DNA from: Octopus vulgaris
Taxonomy: Eukaryota
Direction of reading: 5' to 3'
DNA length: 64,000 nucleotides
Assembly: GCA_951406725.2 (NCBI GenBank)
Contig: OX597826.1
Span: forward strand, 2,914,001 to 2,978,000
Positions 24,862 to 39,568 of the stretch are shown here, one piece after another (position 1 is the first letter of the stretch; each line of letters begins with the position of its first letter). Made by a program: the position numbers and the translations under genes. The notes under the pieces were generated by a model. That model did no database searches, was not told where the DNA came from, and saw only the letters and a list, made by a program, of their open reading frames with translations.

Positions 24862-26117
24862 CATAGGAGAAGCGACAGACTGTCCACTTGAACGATTCCT
24901 CTCTTGATATTTACTTCTCCCACCTTAACTCCACATGCTGTGCGTACAGTTCACCACGTTGTCATTGAGTTTTGTATTTACTTCAGGAGATTGTGGGAGA
25001 CCTTAAGCGGTTTAAGGCATTCAATAACCCACGAGTGTGGGACCATGTCATATGCTTTCCTGTAGCCCACCCATGCCATCGCCAAATTTTTGTTTTTCTT
25101 CTTGTAGTCAGGCAGGATAGTCTTACCGATTAGCAATTAATCCTTCGTTCCTCTTCTCTTACGTCTTCACCCTTTTTGTTCCACTGTTAGTAGGTCGTTC
25201 TCATTTAGGTACTTATAGAAGCTGTTTAATATGATGTCCGTTATCAGTTTCCACATCAGTGGCAAACAAGATATTGGTTGGAAATTTCCAACCGCATTCC
25301 CATTACTTGGGTCCTTCTGGCAAAGTACTGTTCTTCGTTTTGTCACCCAGGCCGGTACTTGGAAGACACTACTCAGTAATTCGTCCATCTGTCTCGCAAT
25401 TCACCTGTGCAGAGCTGTCAAGATTTTAAGACAAAAAACCCGAACCCCATCAGGCCCAGGCGCTTTCCAGTCTGGAATTTTCCTGCACTGATCTCTAGCC
25501 ATCGCCTCGGTCATTCTCAAATCCTCCTGCTGACTCTCTCCACTCTACTCTTTGAGTGTCTTTAATCACTCTGCTTCAGTTTTGTGTTGTGACTTTTGAG
25601 ACCAAATGTTTGGCAATAATCTTTTGCTTTCTTCAGCATCCGGCACGGCTTTTTCACCTTTTTCTTTCTCACCCAGTTTCTGATAGACTCGTTTCTGATT
25701 TTGTTCGAAAAGTTTGTTTAATCTCTACTGCTCAATTCTCTGTTCATATCTCTTTAGTTTATGTGCTTTAGCTCTCAGCCTCTGCTTTAATTCCATTTCT
25801 CTTCACTCTATACTTCTTCTCTTGCTCAACATATTTCTCTCGCCAAACTTTATTTCTTTCTTCCGTTCCAGAATATTAATACAATTTCTGGTCTCCTTAA
25901 TAGACGGCGTTATTCTCCTTTTCCACCATGGTTCCTTCAGGTTATGTTGGCCTTTACCCTTGGCTTTCAATCCTAACTTCCGGGCTATAATGTTCGAGAT
26001 TGCATTCATCAGATTGTTGGTCTCTGTGACGCTGTCAGTCCTGATATCACCAGTGAGATCATTTATCTTCCTGACCCATTCATTGAGTTTCTTTCTGTCT
26101 ACATTTTTAAACCCCGT
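24862..26117 (-). pseudogene. R4/Dong-type LINE fragment (pre-RT region and first half of RT)
   Basis: PWWKRRI.., RRTVLCQKDPSNGNAVGNFQPISCLPLMWKLIT, EQKG*RRKRRGTKD*LLI, MAWVGYRKAYDMVPHSW, VNIKRGIVQVDSLS. Many stops. A (TTA)n tract abuts its 5' end. Confidence 0.9.
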
Positions 26118-26173
26118 ATTATTATTATTATCATCATCATCATCATCATTATTATCATTATTACTATCATTAC

Positions 26174-26212
<39 letters not shown>

Positions 26213-26230
26213 GTATGATGATTATTATTT

Positions 26231-26405
26231 AGGCGGTGGGTTGGCTGAATCGTTAACACGCCGGGTAAAATGGTTCGTGGTATTTCGTACCGTCCTGTAC
26301 GTTCTGTTTTCAAATTCCGGAGAAGGCGATATTGCCTTTCATCTGTTTGGAGTGGATAAATTAAGTACCAAAATTTCAGGGCCTGTGCTTTTAGTAGACT
26401 AGAAG
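26231..26405 (+). mobile_element. SINE family B monomer, decayed
   Basis: AGGCGGTGGGTTGGCTGAATCGTTAACACGCCGGG..TTCAAATTCC..TTGCCTTTCATC..GATAAATTAAGTACC. Other partial copies near 24778, 42200, 46480, 55150, 55330 and 57726. Confidence 0.8.
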
Positions 26406-27136
26406 AAAGGATTAATATTATTATTATTATAATTATTATTATTACTATTACTATTATTATTATTATTGCTATTATTACTATTATTATTATTATTATTGTT
26501 ATTATTATCATTATTATTATTATTATTATTGTTATTATTACTATTATTTTTATTTATTTATCATCGTTTCTATTACAGGAAATACAGTTGTTTTTGTTAT
26601 CAGTGAGACAAATTAGAGATCTAATCGATTTGCTTTTCAATAAAATGTACGTTCCGGTTGCTATAAAACTAGTTATAAATGCATCCTACTTCTTGAAATT
26701 ATTAGAAGTCATGTCCTGGGATCAATCCAATTGACCATAATTGTGCCAACATCAAGAATTAATTAAAATCCTGTCGCAGTGATATCACTCTTTTTATACT
26801 TTAACTGTCGACAAAGAACTTACTACAGACGCGTGCCAAACGTTCGGGAATAAATCCGGTGTAATCATAAATTAGAATTTCTCTTTAGAAACCGAAATGG
26901 TTGTAAGAATACTGTTATTGTTCATTCAGAGTTATTGTATATCAAATTTTATTGTAGTGGATGAAAATCTGATAGCAAAGATTGTTATATCTGAGATGAT
27001 AAAGTTTCGCCATTCTGATAGAATATTATCGTACCAGGTCCAGTTACTCAACTGTCGACAAGTTCTTCATGAGTGACTATACTTTTCTTCTTTTTTTGCA
27101 AGGAATAACGAAATGTAGAATTTATATGTTTCTGGC

Positions 27137-27208
<72 letters not shown>

Positions 27209-28529
27209 CAGCGAAACACTTAAAGGAATTTGAAGGAAATGGAAATATATAAAACACACTGCAAATTGTGTAGGTTAATAGAGAGTAACTACATCGTTTA
27301 TGATTACCATCGTAACAATATCTATTTCGCATATGGCAAGCGAAATGTTCAGTGAAGATCACACGAGGGAGATTGCAGATAATTACAAAATTTGGCATCC
27401 TGTCACAAATTGTAATAGCATTCATTATGTAAGATTAAAAGACATCGTGTAGTCAACGGGCAACAAATGATAATTTTCTTACGAGTCTATTGTAGTTACT
27501 GGACGAAAAAATCTATGCTGCTATTTGAAGATTATTCAAACACTGCACTGTAAAGAAACTAAAACATCACAAAATGTATATCCTTTATTTGCTATTACTG
27601 TATTATTATGGTGTATGTATAGTTGATAATTTAAGAAATGTTCAGTTTCGAGGCCCAATGTTCGATTCCCGTCCGTGGACATGTGCATTTTACTATTGTC
27701 CTATGTGAATCCAAACCAATACAAGTAGATAGTTGGAAAATGTATGGAAACTAGACAGATAGATAATAACTGTATAAGAGTAGAGTTTTATCAGACACAT
27801 TCTATCAACTAACAGGATAGACACAGAATTAATGAGAAAAAACAACAAACAAGCAAGGCATTGCAGGGGCGATGTGTACCCTACGAGCAGATAAATGTTT
27901 CGCTAGTCATAGTGTGGCTTACAATGCGTTGCTCACCCATGCTTTTTAATTAGACTGAATTAAGTTTTGTAATTAGAATTAGAATTAGAAGCCTAAGGAC
28001 GGTGAAATTAAGAAATCAACTCGTAAATAAAGGAAACTCTCGAATCCATCACACACGCACGCGCGCGAACATACAAACAAACGCATGCACACACACACAT
28101 ACACACACGCACAGAGACAGTCGCATATGTATGTGTGTATGAATGTATGTATGTATGTATGTATATATGTATGTATGTATGTATGTACCTACAGGAGTCT
28201 ACGCGCGTAGGTACACCAAGATCTATATACAGCAGACGAATGTTGATTGATATGAAAATGAAAGAGAACAAAATGAAATACAGAAAATATTGCATAAAAT
28301 TTCAGAAGTGATTCGTAATATGTATTTATACTCTGGTGAAATTAATTAGTCAACTCGTAAATAAACGAAACCCTCGAATCCATCCCTGTACCCACACTCA
28401 CAGACACACACACACACACACTTACACAGAAACACACACAAGTACACTCACACTCACCTTTACACGCAAACTCACAGACACACACACAGTCGCATGTCTG
28501 TGAATGTATTTATGTATGTTTGAAGATAA

Positions 28530-28695
28530 TCAAACCAAATTCTCATCATTTCGAGCAACACACCCAATAAGTAGTTCTGTCAAATTTGGTGAAAATCCGT
28601 TCAATCGTTTTCCAGTAATTTTGCAAACCCAGAGGAAAACCAGACGAAGACGAGTGATTACAATGCCCTGCTTTCTGTTACGTGTGCAGGACAGC
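28530..28695 (+). mobile_element. Possible non-autonomous Helitron-type remnant
   Basis: CAAATTTGGTGAAAATCCGTTCAATCGTTTT resembles a motif I associate with such elements. It is followed by the hairpin CCTGC..GCAGG. Confidence 0.35.
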
Positions 28696-29712
28696 AATGA
28701 AACATATTGAAGCTATAAAGAACAAAATATGTAGTAACGGTAAAATTTGGCCTATAATTTGAAAAAATACGAACGCCATTCATTTTGACAAGCAAGACAA
28801 TCATGCCAAGATATAAAACTAATAATAACGTAAGTTGCCTTCGTCCGTTTATTGAACATCGTTAAAATATCTTGAGATATGTTACATTTGAAAGATTAGA
28901 TTACAGCTTACTCCATAAGATTCAGAAAAAGAGCCAGAAAATTGTATGAAACACTTATGAAATATTCTATTAGGAGATTTAAGAATTCAACAAAAATCAT
29001 ATCTGTCGGATGCATTTCTTATAAAGATATCGAAATTTCTCAATGAAATCTGAAATCCTGTCACAATGAGAATACATGTTGCCCTTATTTTTACATGCAA
29101 CAGTAACCCCGTGGTCATTATGTAACATCATGCATTCTATCGTTTATTTAATTTTTATGGAAAAAATGTCTAAATATCTTACAACATCAATAGTTGTATC
29201 TCAATAATGAATATTTTTCTTGTGCAGTAATTTGAGATTCGCTAAGTTATGTACATAGAATCATTAGAGTGAAAGGCATTAAGAATAGAAAGATTGTTTA
29301 TATTGCTTCAATCATCAGCTACAATATCAATTACAACACCTCCTGATATCTTATTTCATTAATCTTTAATTAAAATGTATTAAAAATAATCAGCAACTGG
29401 TATTATATACGTGACAAAAATACGTTATCTTGTTTACAAAAACAATCATACACAGATAAACATCTGGGCATATGTAAGAGGAAATATACACCTACACATT
29501 GAACTGTAGTGAATAATTATGCATACATAAAGACACATACAAACACACACTCAGTCACACATACACATACATACACATATATTCATACCTATATATTCAT
29601 ATATATGCATATACATATACACACACATATATATATATATATGCATATATATATATTTATGTATATGTATATATATATATATATGCATACATATATATGT
29701 TTATATATATAT

Positions 29713-29773
<61 letters not shown>

Positions 29774-29872
29774 TAGATAGATAGATAGATATACAGAAAA
29801 TTGATAGATACCTCGATATACACATGTATATGCAATATAAAAATGTATGTGCTTATGGTATACATACATACA

Positions 29873-29946
<74 letters not shown>

Positions 29947-30104
29947 TGACAGAGAAAGAGAGAGAGAGAGAGAGAGAGAGGCAGAAGGCAAATATTTAGA
30001 AGTACTGAAATATTAAGAATGAACAATGTAAGAATAATAGAAGATGTATAAAACAAACAGAAATAATTCTAATAAATAAGAGAAAAAGGACACGAAAACG
30101 TCAC

Positions 30105-30147
<43 letters not shown>

Positions 30148-30159
30148 TGATAATAAAAA

Positions 30160-30228
<69 letters not shown>

Positions 30229-30949
30229 CAACAACAACAATAGCAACTATGATTAGAAATGCAAATAAAAGCAAATGACGAAGAAGGCAACTATGCTAGT
30301 GTTTCGGTTTTGGAAATGTTGTGACGATATTACTGTTATCCACGGAGTGATTTTAGTATTCACTGGCTTGGATTATGAGCTTTGCATCTCGTCATCGCAT
30401 ACAGGTCTGTTGATAATGAGAACATTTATAAGAACTAATCCTTAGAATAACGTGAAATGCATACAGAATTGGCTTTTGTTCGATATCGAATGGTGTGGAT
30501 ATGGGTTATAATACGTTATGACAAGACGTGGCTGTAGAAGTCAATGGGAAGCGATAGAAAATAAGAGCGATTGTTTAGTGGTGGTGTGAAGAGATTTTTA
30601 CAAGCCCCGATCGGAGGGAGAGATAACAATAATGAAGAAGAAAGGAGATTATCATTATGAACATTTCTTGCATAACCACTGTCCTCTCCGTAGTCGTCGT
30701 CATCATCATCGAAGTCGTCACGAATGCAACTCTAAATTTTATTTCAAATGCTGCATTCGTTCGACTGTTATTCAATGGTGTTATATGGCTTCTATCATCA
30801 ATATTATTATTAACGTTATAATATATTTGCCTTCGTGGTGGGTTGTATTGCCGTGGTTGTCATCCACGATTGGACGTTGTCATTTCGATATTGCTCGCAA
30901 CGGAAGCAGTGGCAACAACAGCAGCAGCAACGGCAGCAGCAACCGTAGT

Positions 30950-31325
30950 GGAGGCGCAATGGCCCAGTGGTTAGGGCAGAGGACTCGCGGTCGGAGGATC
31001 GCGGTTTCGATTCCTAGACCGGACGTTGTGTGTGTTTATTGAGCGAAAACACCTAAAGCTCCACGAGGCTCCGGCAGGTGGAGGTGGCGACCCCTGTTGT
31101 ACACTTTCGCTCCAACTTTCTCTCACTATTTCTTCCTGTTTCTTGTCCCCGACTTCCTACGCAGCCGCTGAGCCTGGATGCGCATTCATCCATCCGTCGA
31201 TGCTCTCGGTGTCGGGGGTTGACCTGCTTTCTCCTCTGTGGGTCTTACGAATAGTAAAGGACCACGTTTCCGACTTCTCCCAAGAGGACGAAGACCGCTT
31301 CGCTCAACAAACAAACAAACAAACA
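30950..31325 (+). mobile_element. tRNA-derived SINE family D with an alternative 3' tail ending in (CAAA)n
   Basis: GGAGGCGCAATGGCCCAGTGGTTAGGGCAGAGGACTCGCGGTC..GGTTTCGATTCC. The first ~180 bp match 8366-8190 (minus strand). Confidence 0.85.
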
Positions 31326-31408
31326 AGCAGCAACAGCAGCACCACCGGCAGCAGCAACAGCATTAGTAACAGCAGCAGCAACATCTTTAGGAATTGATAA
31401 TTGTCCTA

Positions 31409-31778
31409 TTTTACTCTTTTACTTGTTTCAGTCATTGAGTGCGGCCATGCTGGAGCACCGCCTTTAGTCAAGCAAATCGCCCAGAACTTTGGAAGCCTAG
31501 AACTTATTCTATCGGTCGCTTTTGCCGAACCGCTAAGTTACGGGGACGTAAACAAACCTGCATCGCTTGTCAAGCTATGTTGGGTCGACAAACACAGACA
31601 CACAAAGATATACACACACATTTGGTACACAGTTTCCTTCTACAAATTCAACTCAGAAGGCTATGGTCAGCCCGAGGCTATAGTAGAAGACATCTGTCCA
31701 AGGTGTCACGCAATTGTACTGAACCCGGAACCATGTGGTTGATAACCACGCTACTTACCACACAGCCACTCCTACGCC
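31409..31778 (-). mobile_element. SINE family A
   Basis: Reverse complement of family A. Confidence 0.88.
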
Positions 31779-32445
31779 TTTTTTCCTCTATAATATTACA
31801 GTTATGATCTTCACCATGATCGGCATCATGGTCAAATATGATGGTGATGACGACGACGAGGATGATGAGGATGTTGATGATCAACAAGAACAACAACAAC
31901 GACGACACCAACAAAACCGCAACCATCTCCATAGACATCATTGACATGAACTCCGCCATGTCGATCGTTTTATTCCCCACCGACAATACATCCAGTGCCA
32001 CCACCACATTTCTTTCGTTACAATTCCTCATGAATATCGAAAATGTCATCAACCGCTTTGTTTTCCTTTCTGTCATCATCGTCTTTAGTCATCAGGAACT
32101 TCAATATCCACAACATATGTGTTATCCTTAGCATTAACACCAATGACATTGTCATTCTCATCGCTATGATCAGCATCATCATCATCACCATCTCCACCAC
32201 CACCACCACTACCATCATCATCATCATCCTCATCATCATTGTCGTTGTCGTCGTCATCATGATCACCGCCAGCACCGCCGCCATAAGAGCCAATTTCATT
32301 AGATCCATAATTAACACAATTCTTAGAAAACCAATTCAAATGATATTCTTCAACACCACTTTCATTCAAAACGATAACACTACTACTAATACTACTACTA
32401 CTGCTACTACTACTACTAATATCACCACCACTACTGCTGCTGCTA

Positions 32446-32512
<67 letters not shown>

Positions 32513-32704
32513 TATTGATAATAATGATAATAACAATAACAATACTAATAATAATAATAATAATAATAAAAATAATAATAATAATAACGATAATAATAAT
32601 AAGAATAATAATGATAATAATAATAACAATAACAATAACAATACTACTACTACTACTACCACTACTACTACTACTACTACTAATAATGATAATAATAATA
32701 ATAA

Positions 32705-32990
32705 TTGTCTACTCTCCTTTCGTCTCCAAATTCTCACAAGGTAGAATGGCCAAGTAGAATACACGTCTCCTTCTACGCCATAATAATTGGATGAGTTAAT
32801 CTAACGACATCAACATCAAATGAGGCATGTTTTAAGGTGACTCGCTCTCTCCATTACTCTTTTGCGTGGAACTGATTCCACTCTCAAATGCAGTGAGCAA
32901 TCTAAAAGATTGTACTAACAAGTACTGCTCACATCCTTCGAAAAACCCTATCAATTTAAATGTCTGCGTTATATGACATAAATATATTTC
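32705..32990 (+). pseudogene. Internally deleted R4/Dong-type LINE
   Basis: NDINIK*GMF*GDSLSPLLFCVELIPLS is followed almost directly by the ORF end KIVLTSTAHILRKTLSI*. Preceded by a (TAA)n tract. Confidence 0.75.
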
Positions 32991-33850
32991 GCCTCTGCAC
33001 CTGCCACTTCTGAGGACCCAAGCTTTCAGTCATAATGTACATCTCTTAACCTTCACTCACCGCTGGGTGTGTTTTGGTAAGTAACAAACATGGTCGCACT
33101 AAATCATAAAATCCCATACGATCTTTGCCTTTTCACGTTCGATAATGCTTTCAGTTTTCTATGCGTACCAATTTTTTGCACTGTCAAGTCCATAATTACC
33201 GCAAAGTATCTAATGGACAATCCTTGCTATATTGTCATTTCTGGGATAGTGGCGCACATTGACTGGCAATATGCCATACTGTTTCACCAATATGTCCACA
33301 AATTCTGCACTTATCACTTTCTGATGTGTTGTCTATTCTGTATTTGATGTAATTGGTTGTTAATGCTTGCGCTTGGGCAGCAGAGATTAGATCCAGCATT
33401 TATGGTTTTATATCACGTTTAGACATCCATAGTCATCAATGTTTCCTGACTGTCTTAACTTCAGTATCCCTATGAAATTGCCCATGCATTCTTTACTTTA
33501 TTCACCTATTTCAGTCCCATTCATTCTCAAGTCAGTGTAGAGTGCTTTATCTTGGGTGGAGTATCCCATATCTAGTCAGCAACTTCCTTGTCTTTCTGTC
33601 TAAGTTGTTTATTTCGTCTACTATCAATGCGAATACCCCTGCTCCATATCTTAGGAGTGAAACCGCCCAGATGTTAGCTTCAATCTTATTCCGTCCGTTT
33701 AATTTCGACTTAAGTATCAGTCTCAGTCTAATATTTTCTATCATTTCTTTCTCCCTCAATTTATCCATTTCCTATATCTCCATGTACTTATATCACAACT
33801 CTTCTATCTTCTTCATAACCTACCCCGACGGTAACGCTAGTCCATCCTTA
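32990..33850 (-). pseudogene. R4/Dong-type LINE fragment (thumb, CCHC and RLE region), family-3-like
   Basis: LRLILKSKLNGRNKIEANIWAVSLLRYGAG..LDRKTRKLLT..HPR, MHGQFHRD, AAQAQALTTNYIKYRID..KCRICGHIGETVWHIASQC. Confidence 0.88.
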
Positions 33851-34678
33851 CGATACTCAATCCATGAGATGGCTAAGTTAGTTTTCCTCCTCTTGCAGTT
33901 TCCTCCTCTAAGTACAGTTTTGTCTACAATCAGGAATAAGAGCAACAAATGGGGCCTAAAAATAACTGAAAAGGTTTTCGACTATTCCTGAGAATGTAAC
34001 ACTCGTTAAATTTTCGATCCAACTCGCCATCACTCGCAGAAGTAAATTATGGCTCAAATCACCAACATACTGTCTCCGTCCCAAATATACACAAAAAATG
34101 AAAAATTGATTAAGTGATGCCTGTATTATTCAGCCGATTAATAACAAACTGGAAGTGCGTACTTTAAATTTATTACACAAAAAGCACGAATATGACACCT
34201 GTACAATTCTTTAAGACCAGACACTAATGGGCCGGTACCCTACAAAAATAATAACCGTCTAAATAAAAGCCAGGATATTATTCCTCATCTCTTGCAAATA
34301 AATCCCAAAGACCACAAATGAACACAAGAAGATTATATATGTAATTTACACTCATGTTTAAACACTTAATTTATCGTACCTAAAAATGAAAATTCAGTAG
34401 CATGCTTATATATAATCGACTCCAATACGATCTGAAATTATAACACGCTTTCAGATTATTATAACTAAAATGATACCTGAGTACGTAGTACACTACAAGA
34501 ACAAGTATCAACTATTTCAGGAGTACATCGCACCTTGGGTAAAACTTATTTAATGAAAATATAGACGATGAAATTTCATACTTATATGAAAACAATATAT
34601 TGTTTAATTATTTAGTTTCATGTATTTTCACTGCTGAAGATACTAGTCAAGCGACTGATTAACTATTTCACCTTAGTT

Positions 34679-34717
<39 letters not shown>

Positions 34718-35035
34718 GCACACGCACGCACACACACGCATACACACATTGCAATTTCATTTTAACATTGTCGTTTGTATTTCTTAACATTTTGGTTTTC
34801 ACCATCAGCGATGTTATTATAATAATGTGATTGGTTTCCGGCTTTGTACTTTATGCTTTCCTTCTATATAAAAATATATTTTGCTCTTCAGATTTCTCAG
34901 TTATGTTTATCTTTCTCCTCTGACTCACATTTTACAATGTCTTATTCCCATTCTTGATATCTTGCAGCGGTTTATTATTTGTATTAAATCCGCTGAACTT
35001 GTATACAGGATAATTATGTTCTAGTGATAAAAAAT

Positions 35036-35228
35036 CTTCTTCTTCTTCTTCTTCTTCTTCTTCTTCTTCTTCTTCTTCTTCTTCTTCTTCTTCTTCTTCT
35101 TCTTCTTCTTCTTCTTCTTCTTTTCATTCTCCGCCACCTCATCGTGTTTTTCATCTTCTCATTGTTAAGTAGAAAGGACAATCATCATCATCATCATAAT
35201 TATTATTATTAGTAGCATTATCATTATT

Positions 35229-35306
<78 letters not shown>
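35036..35306. repeat. (CTT)n, (CAT)n and (TTA)n microsatellites
   Basis: Visible runs. Confidence 0.9.
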
Positions 35307-35855
35307 GCGTGAGAGAGCAGCGCATGCCATCAAAGTGACACTGGGGTAAAATATACAAAGCACAGTATACCCATCATGACTACCAGTCTGATAAGGTTAT
35401 TCCAGGCACATGCATCACAACCATGTGTGCGCAACATAGTGACCTCATATCAAGATAAACAGCGCATCACCTTGCAAGTGGGGCCCAGTTAGAATTTTCT
35501 TCTGGTCGAATATACTCTTTCTGCTCAAAAGCTCCCTGAATAAGGACTGTTTAAATATGTTGAACGAAACACCCGTGTTTCCAAAGGGGTTTTATCGAAG
35601 CCCCAAGGAATTCTCCTGAACACATGGCTATATTGCTTCCCCACTACTTCGGCTCCTGATCAAAGAAGCACATATTGTCAACCACTAACGGACATGCTTT
35701 AACTACTTAAGGTCAAACAACTGACAAGCAAATCTGTTGTATTGAACATAATATTTGCTGCAGCCCATTGTTTATACCAAGACAAAACAATATACATGAC
35801 AACACTTTCAATCAGTTAAGATCAGAAGCCGTGAGAGCCACTGCCTGGTACTGGT
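35307..35855 (-). mobile_element. TAA-associated element C, near full length
   Basis: Reverse complement of 39569-40123. (TTA)n on both sides. Confidence 0.9.
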
Positions 35856-35859
35856 ATTA

Positions 35860-35930
<71 letters not shown>

Positions 35931-35996
35931 GTTATTATTATTATTTTAATTTTTTTATTATTATCATTATTATTATTAGTTGTACTACTATTACTG

Positions 35997-36057
<61 letters not shown>

Positions 36058-36163
36058 CACTACGTGAACACTGGGGTCGATGTAATCGGTTATCTCTCTC
36101 CCCGAAACTGCTGGTCTAGCACCAACATTTTAAAGCATTATCATTATTATCATTAATATTCTC

Positions 36164-36164
<1 letters not shown>

Positions 36165-36210
<46 letters not shown>

Positions 36211-36260
36211 AAGAAGTAGCAGAAGTAGTAGTAGAAGTAGTAGTAGTAGTAGAAGTAGTA

Positions 36261-36324
<64 letters not shown>
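36165..36324. repeat. (TAG)n microsatellite
   Basis: Visible run. Confidence 0.95.
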
Positions 36325-36325
<1 letters not shown>

Positions 36326-39227
36326 CGACTTTCTGCCGTTTGTTTAGTTTTCTCTTTGTTATCTTGAAATAAATAATATTAAAAATATTACTATGTCTTA
36401 TACTGATGCTTAATATTAAATTTATATCTGGCATTGTGTTAAAATCGGAAACCAAGATTTAATGTACTTTTCTATATCTCTGTTGTGTTTTCTCATTATG
36501 TCTACAAATGTGCCTGAATGCAAAATAAATATGCATACATTTTAAACAATAATTTTATGTCTGAGAGCTAGAAGAATTTAACAATTTCAAAATCAAATTT
36601 TAACATATTAATTTTATTATAACATAAGAGAATTTAATACTTTCGCAGTTATCTTTTTTGACGTTTGGTCAACGTCAAGCAGATAACTGGAAATGCAATA
36701 TCGTCTCAACTAATGTTGAATTTATGTTAAACTGCAACGTCTAACTCCTATATTATAATTCGTTTTCCAAACACATTCACACACGTTGCATTCTGAGGTT
36801 GAATCAACAGCCATGTGTGGACTTTAAATAAACGCTTGAACATGGTTTATTTAATATTGAATGTCAGCTAGCATTACTACAATGATTAAACATTGAATCA
36901 CCGTTAACTCGCAACGTTGAATAAACACCGGATTATGACATATTTCGAAAATAAAGATGGACGTTCAATTCTGATATTAAATCAACATGTGATGTTGATC
37001 TTGAATCAATATTGAAACACGTTTCATTTTATATGAAAACTGTTTGTATGATACGTTTTAAGCATTTTTCTAGCTTTAATATTTAATTATTAATGTGAAG
37101 CCAAACATAGTTACAGTTCAAGATCTTCAGTTTCATAAACATTGAAACATCCGTAATTACCTCAGAAATACAGGCAGCTTTTCAGAGACATATTTTCTCA
37201 CAGATTCAATATCGCCTTTATATGATGGTATTTCAAAACAACGTGTGACGAACAAGCAAACAAAACGATGTTCAAAAATCCACTTTACGTATCGGATATT
37301 TGGTTTATGAACTTATTGATCTCATCGAAACTTATATGAATACCTCATTACTTAATATGAAAATAAGCAACACAATACCAATCATTACCACAATCTCATT
37401 AAGATCTTATACGTAGTCTAGCAATAGTTTTGTAGAAGTAAATTATATTACCACTTTTAGTTTGATTATTTCATACATACCATATTTACTAAGTAAATAA
37501 TATACAACGGATAATTTGCATAAAAGTTGAAATATAGTTTATTTAATTATATACGAGCACTTTTGATAGTCAATAAAATTCAGATGCAGAATTCTGTACC
37601 TCGCCTCTTTAACTTATTTCTGTTTCACCATTCTTGAATACTTTAACTAAGCATGATAACACAAACATTATTCAGTGCATGTAAATAACTGAAATGCTTT
37701 ATAAAGGGTCGTCAAACCTTCAATTTAAAAATTAATTTTAAAATCTTTTGGTAATTTCAACCAGTTTAAATTCATTCGAAACTTTCTCACGCAAGAGTAA
37801 TATTTTATTTTATGGAACTTAATCAAAAGATGTAATATCAATATTTCCAGCTTAATTATATTATACTTTTCCGGTATTTGAACATGGAACCATGTTTATG
37901 GTAAATGAAGCCTGTGAATTTAGCCGTCATTTTGATAGACTGTACTTGATAGACTCTCAGTTACGTTTATCACTTCAGACTAACTATTTATTTAATAATG
38001 AAATATGATATAAACACACTAACTTATATTTTATAAACTAAATACCAAAGATAAATTTAATGCACTCAAAATAATACATAATATTTAATAATTATGTATG
38101 AGAAAATGTTATTTAATATATAATATTCGCTGACTTGTGTTGATATTTTCTGAAGTAAAATAATTAACTTGTAGCGTATGATCTTCAAAGGCATTGTAAA
38201 GTATATATTTAAGTAAATTATGTGTATATCCATAACATGTTATTATCTTCTGAATACATAATGTAGATTCAGCATTGATTTATTGACAAGTAGTTAACTA
38301 ATGCATATTTATTGACAATATTACCAGACAGACGCAAATTTGAATTAACTAAATCATTCATTAAATTTTGAGGGTGGGATATTCGTCATACCATTATGTA
38401 GTACATATTATATATGGCATTATTTAAATTTGCTTGAAAGCACGTAGCGATGGTTTTGTTAGTTAGGAACAAAGAGTTAATACGAAATGCGGATTAGAAT
38501 AATGCATCAATGCAGCACTATAAATGAGAAATTATTCAAGAATGCGAATATGTTAGATAAAGAAGTAGAGACAAGAGAATTACAACAAACACAAATGCAC
38601 AAATCCTTTGTTATTAACAAACTCTACAGTACACCGCATTTAAACGAGAGAAAAGTTTCTGACTGAATATTTCAGACGCATTAAATTAAATATGTTTATC
38701 ACGTTTAATTGCAAACACATGCATAATTGGCCTAAATACTCAATATGTCCCAATAATATGTAATAGCTCTGCAATTGTAAAATGGACGTTCAATAAACTA
38801 GCAATAAAATACTTTGAGCGTTTTGTATGAGCCTATAGATATTAAGGAAAACCATTAATCAGTGACGATGATTATGATTAAGATGGAGATGATGATGGTG
38901 AGGAGGAGAAGGGGTTGATGTTAATATTAGTGAGCTCTATGTTAGATAGAAGAAATCAATTTTAATTGGAGATATTGAACCTAGTTCTCCGTATGTATTT
39001 TATTTTATCAGCTCGGAATCGATAATGAAAATAAGTTCCCCCACAGCCAAGAGTTAGACATTTATAGGGTGGGGATCTAGTCAATTACACCGACGCTATT
39101 ACTTATTTCATCGACACAGAACGCAAATTCGAAAGAAATGACGTTAATCATTTTTCCAAGCGCAGTAAGTATTCTACTATCTTGCCAATTGCTGATAATA
39201 AAACTGAAATAATAATAATAATAATAG

Positions 39228-39286
<59 letters not shown>

Positions 39287-39393
39287 TTAATAATAATAGT
39301 AATAGTAATAGTAATAATAATAATGATAATAATAATAATAGTAATATTAATAATAATAATAATAATAATAACAACAACAACAACAGCAACAAC

Positions 39394-39566
<173 letters not shown>

Positions 39567-39568
39567 TA

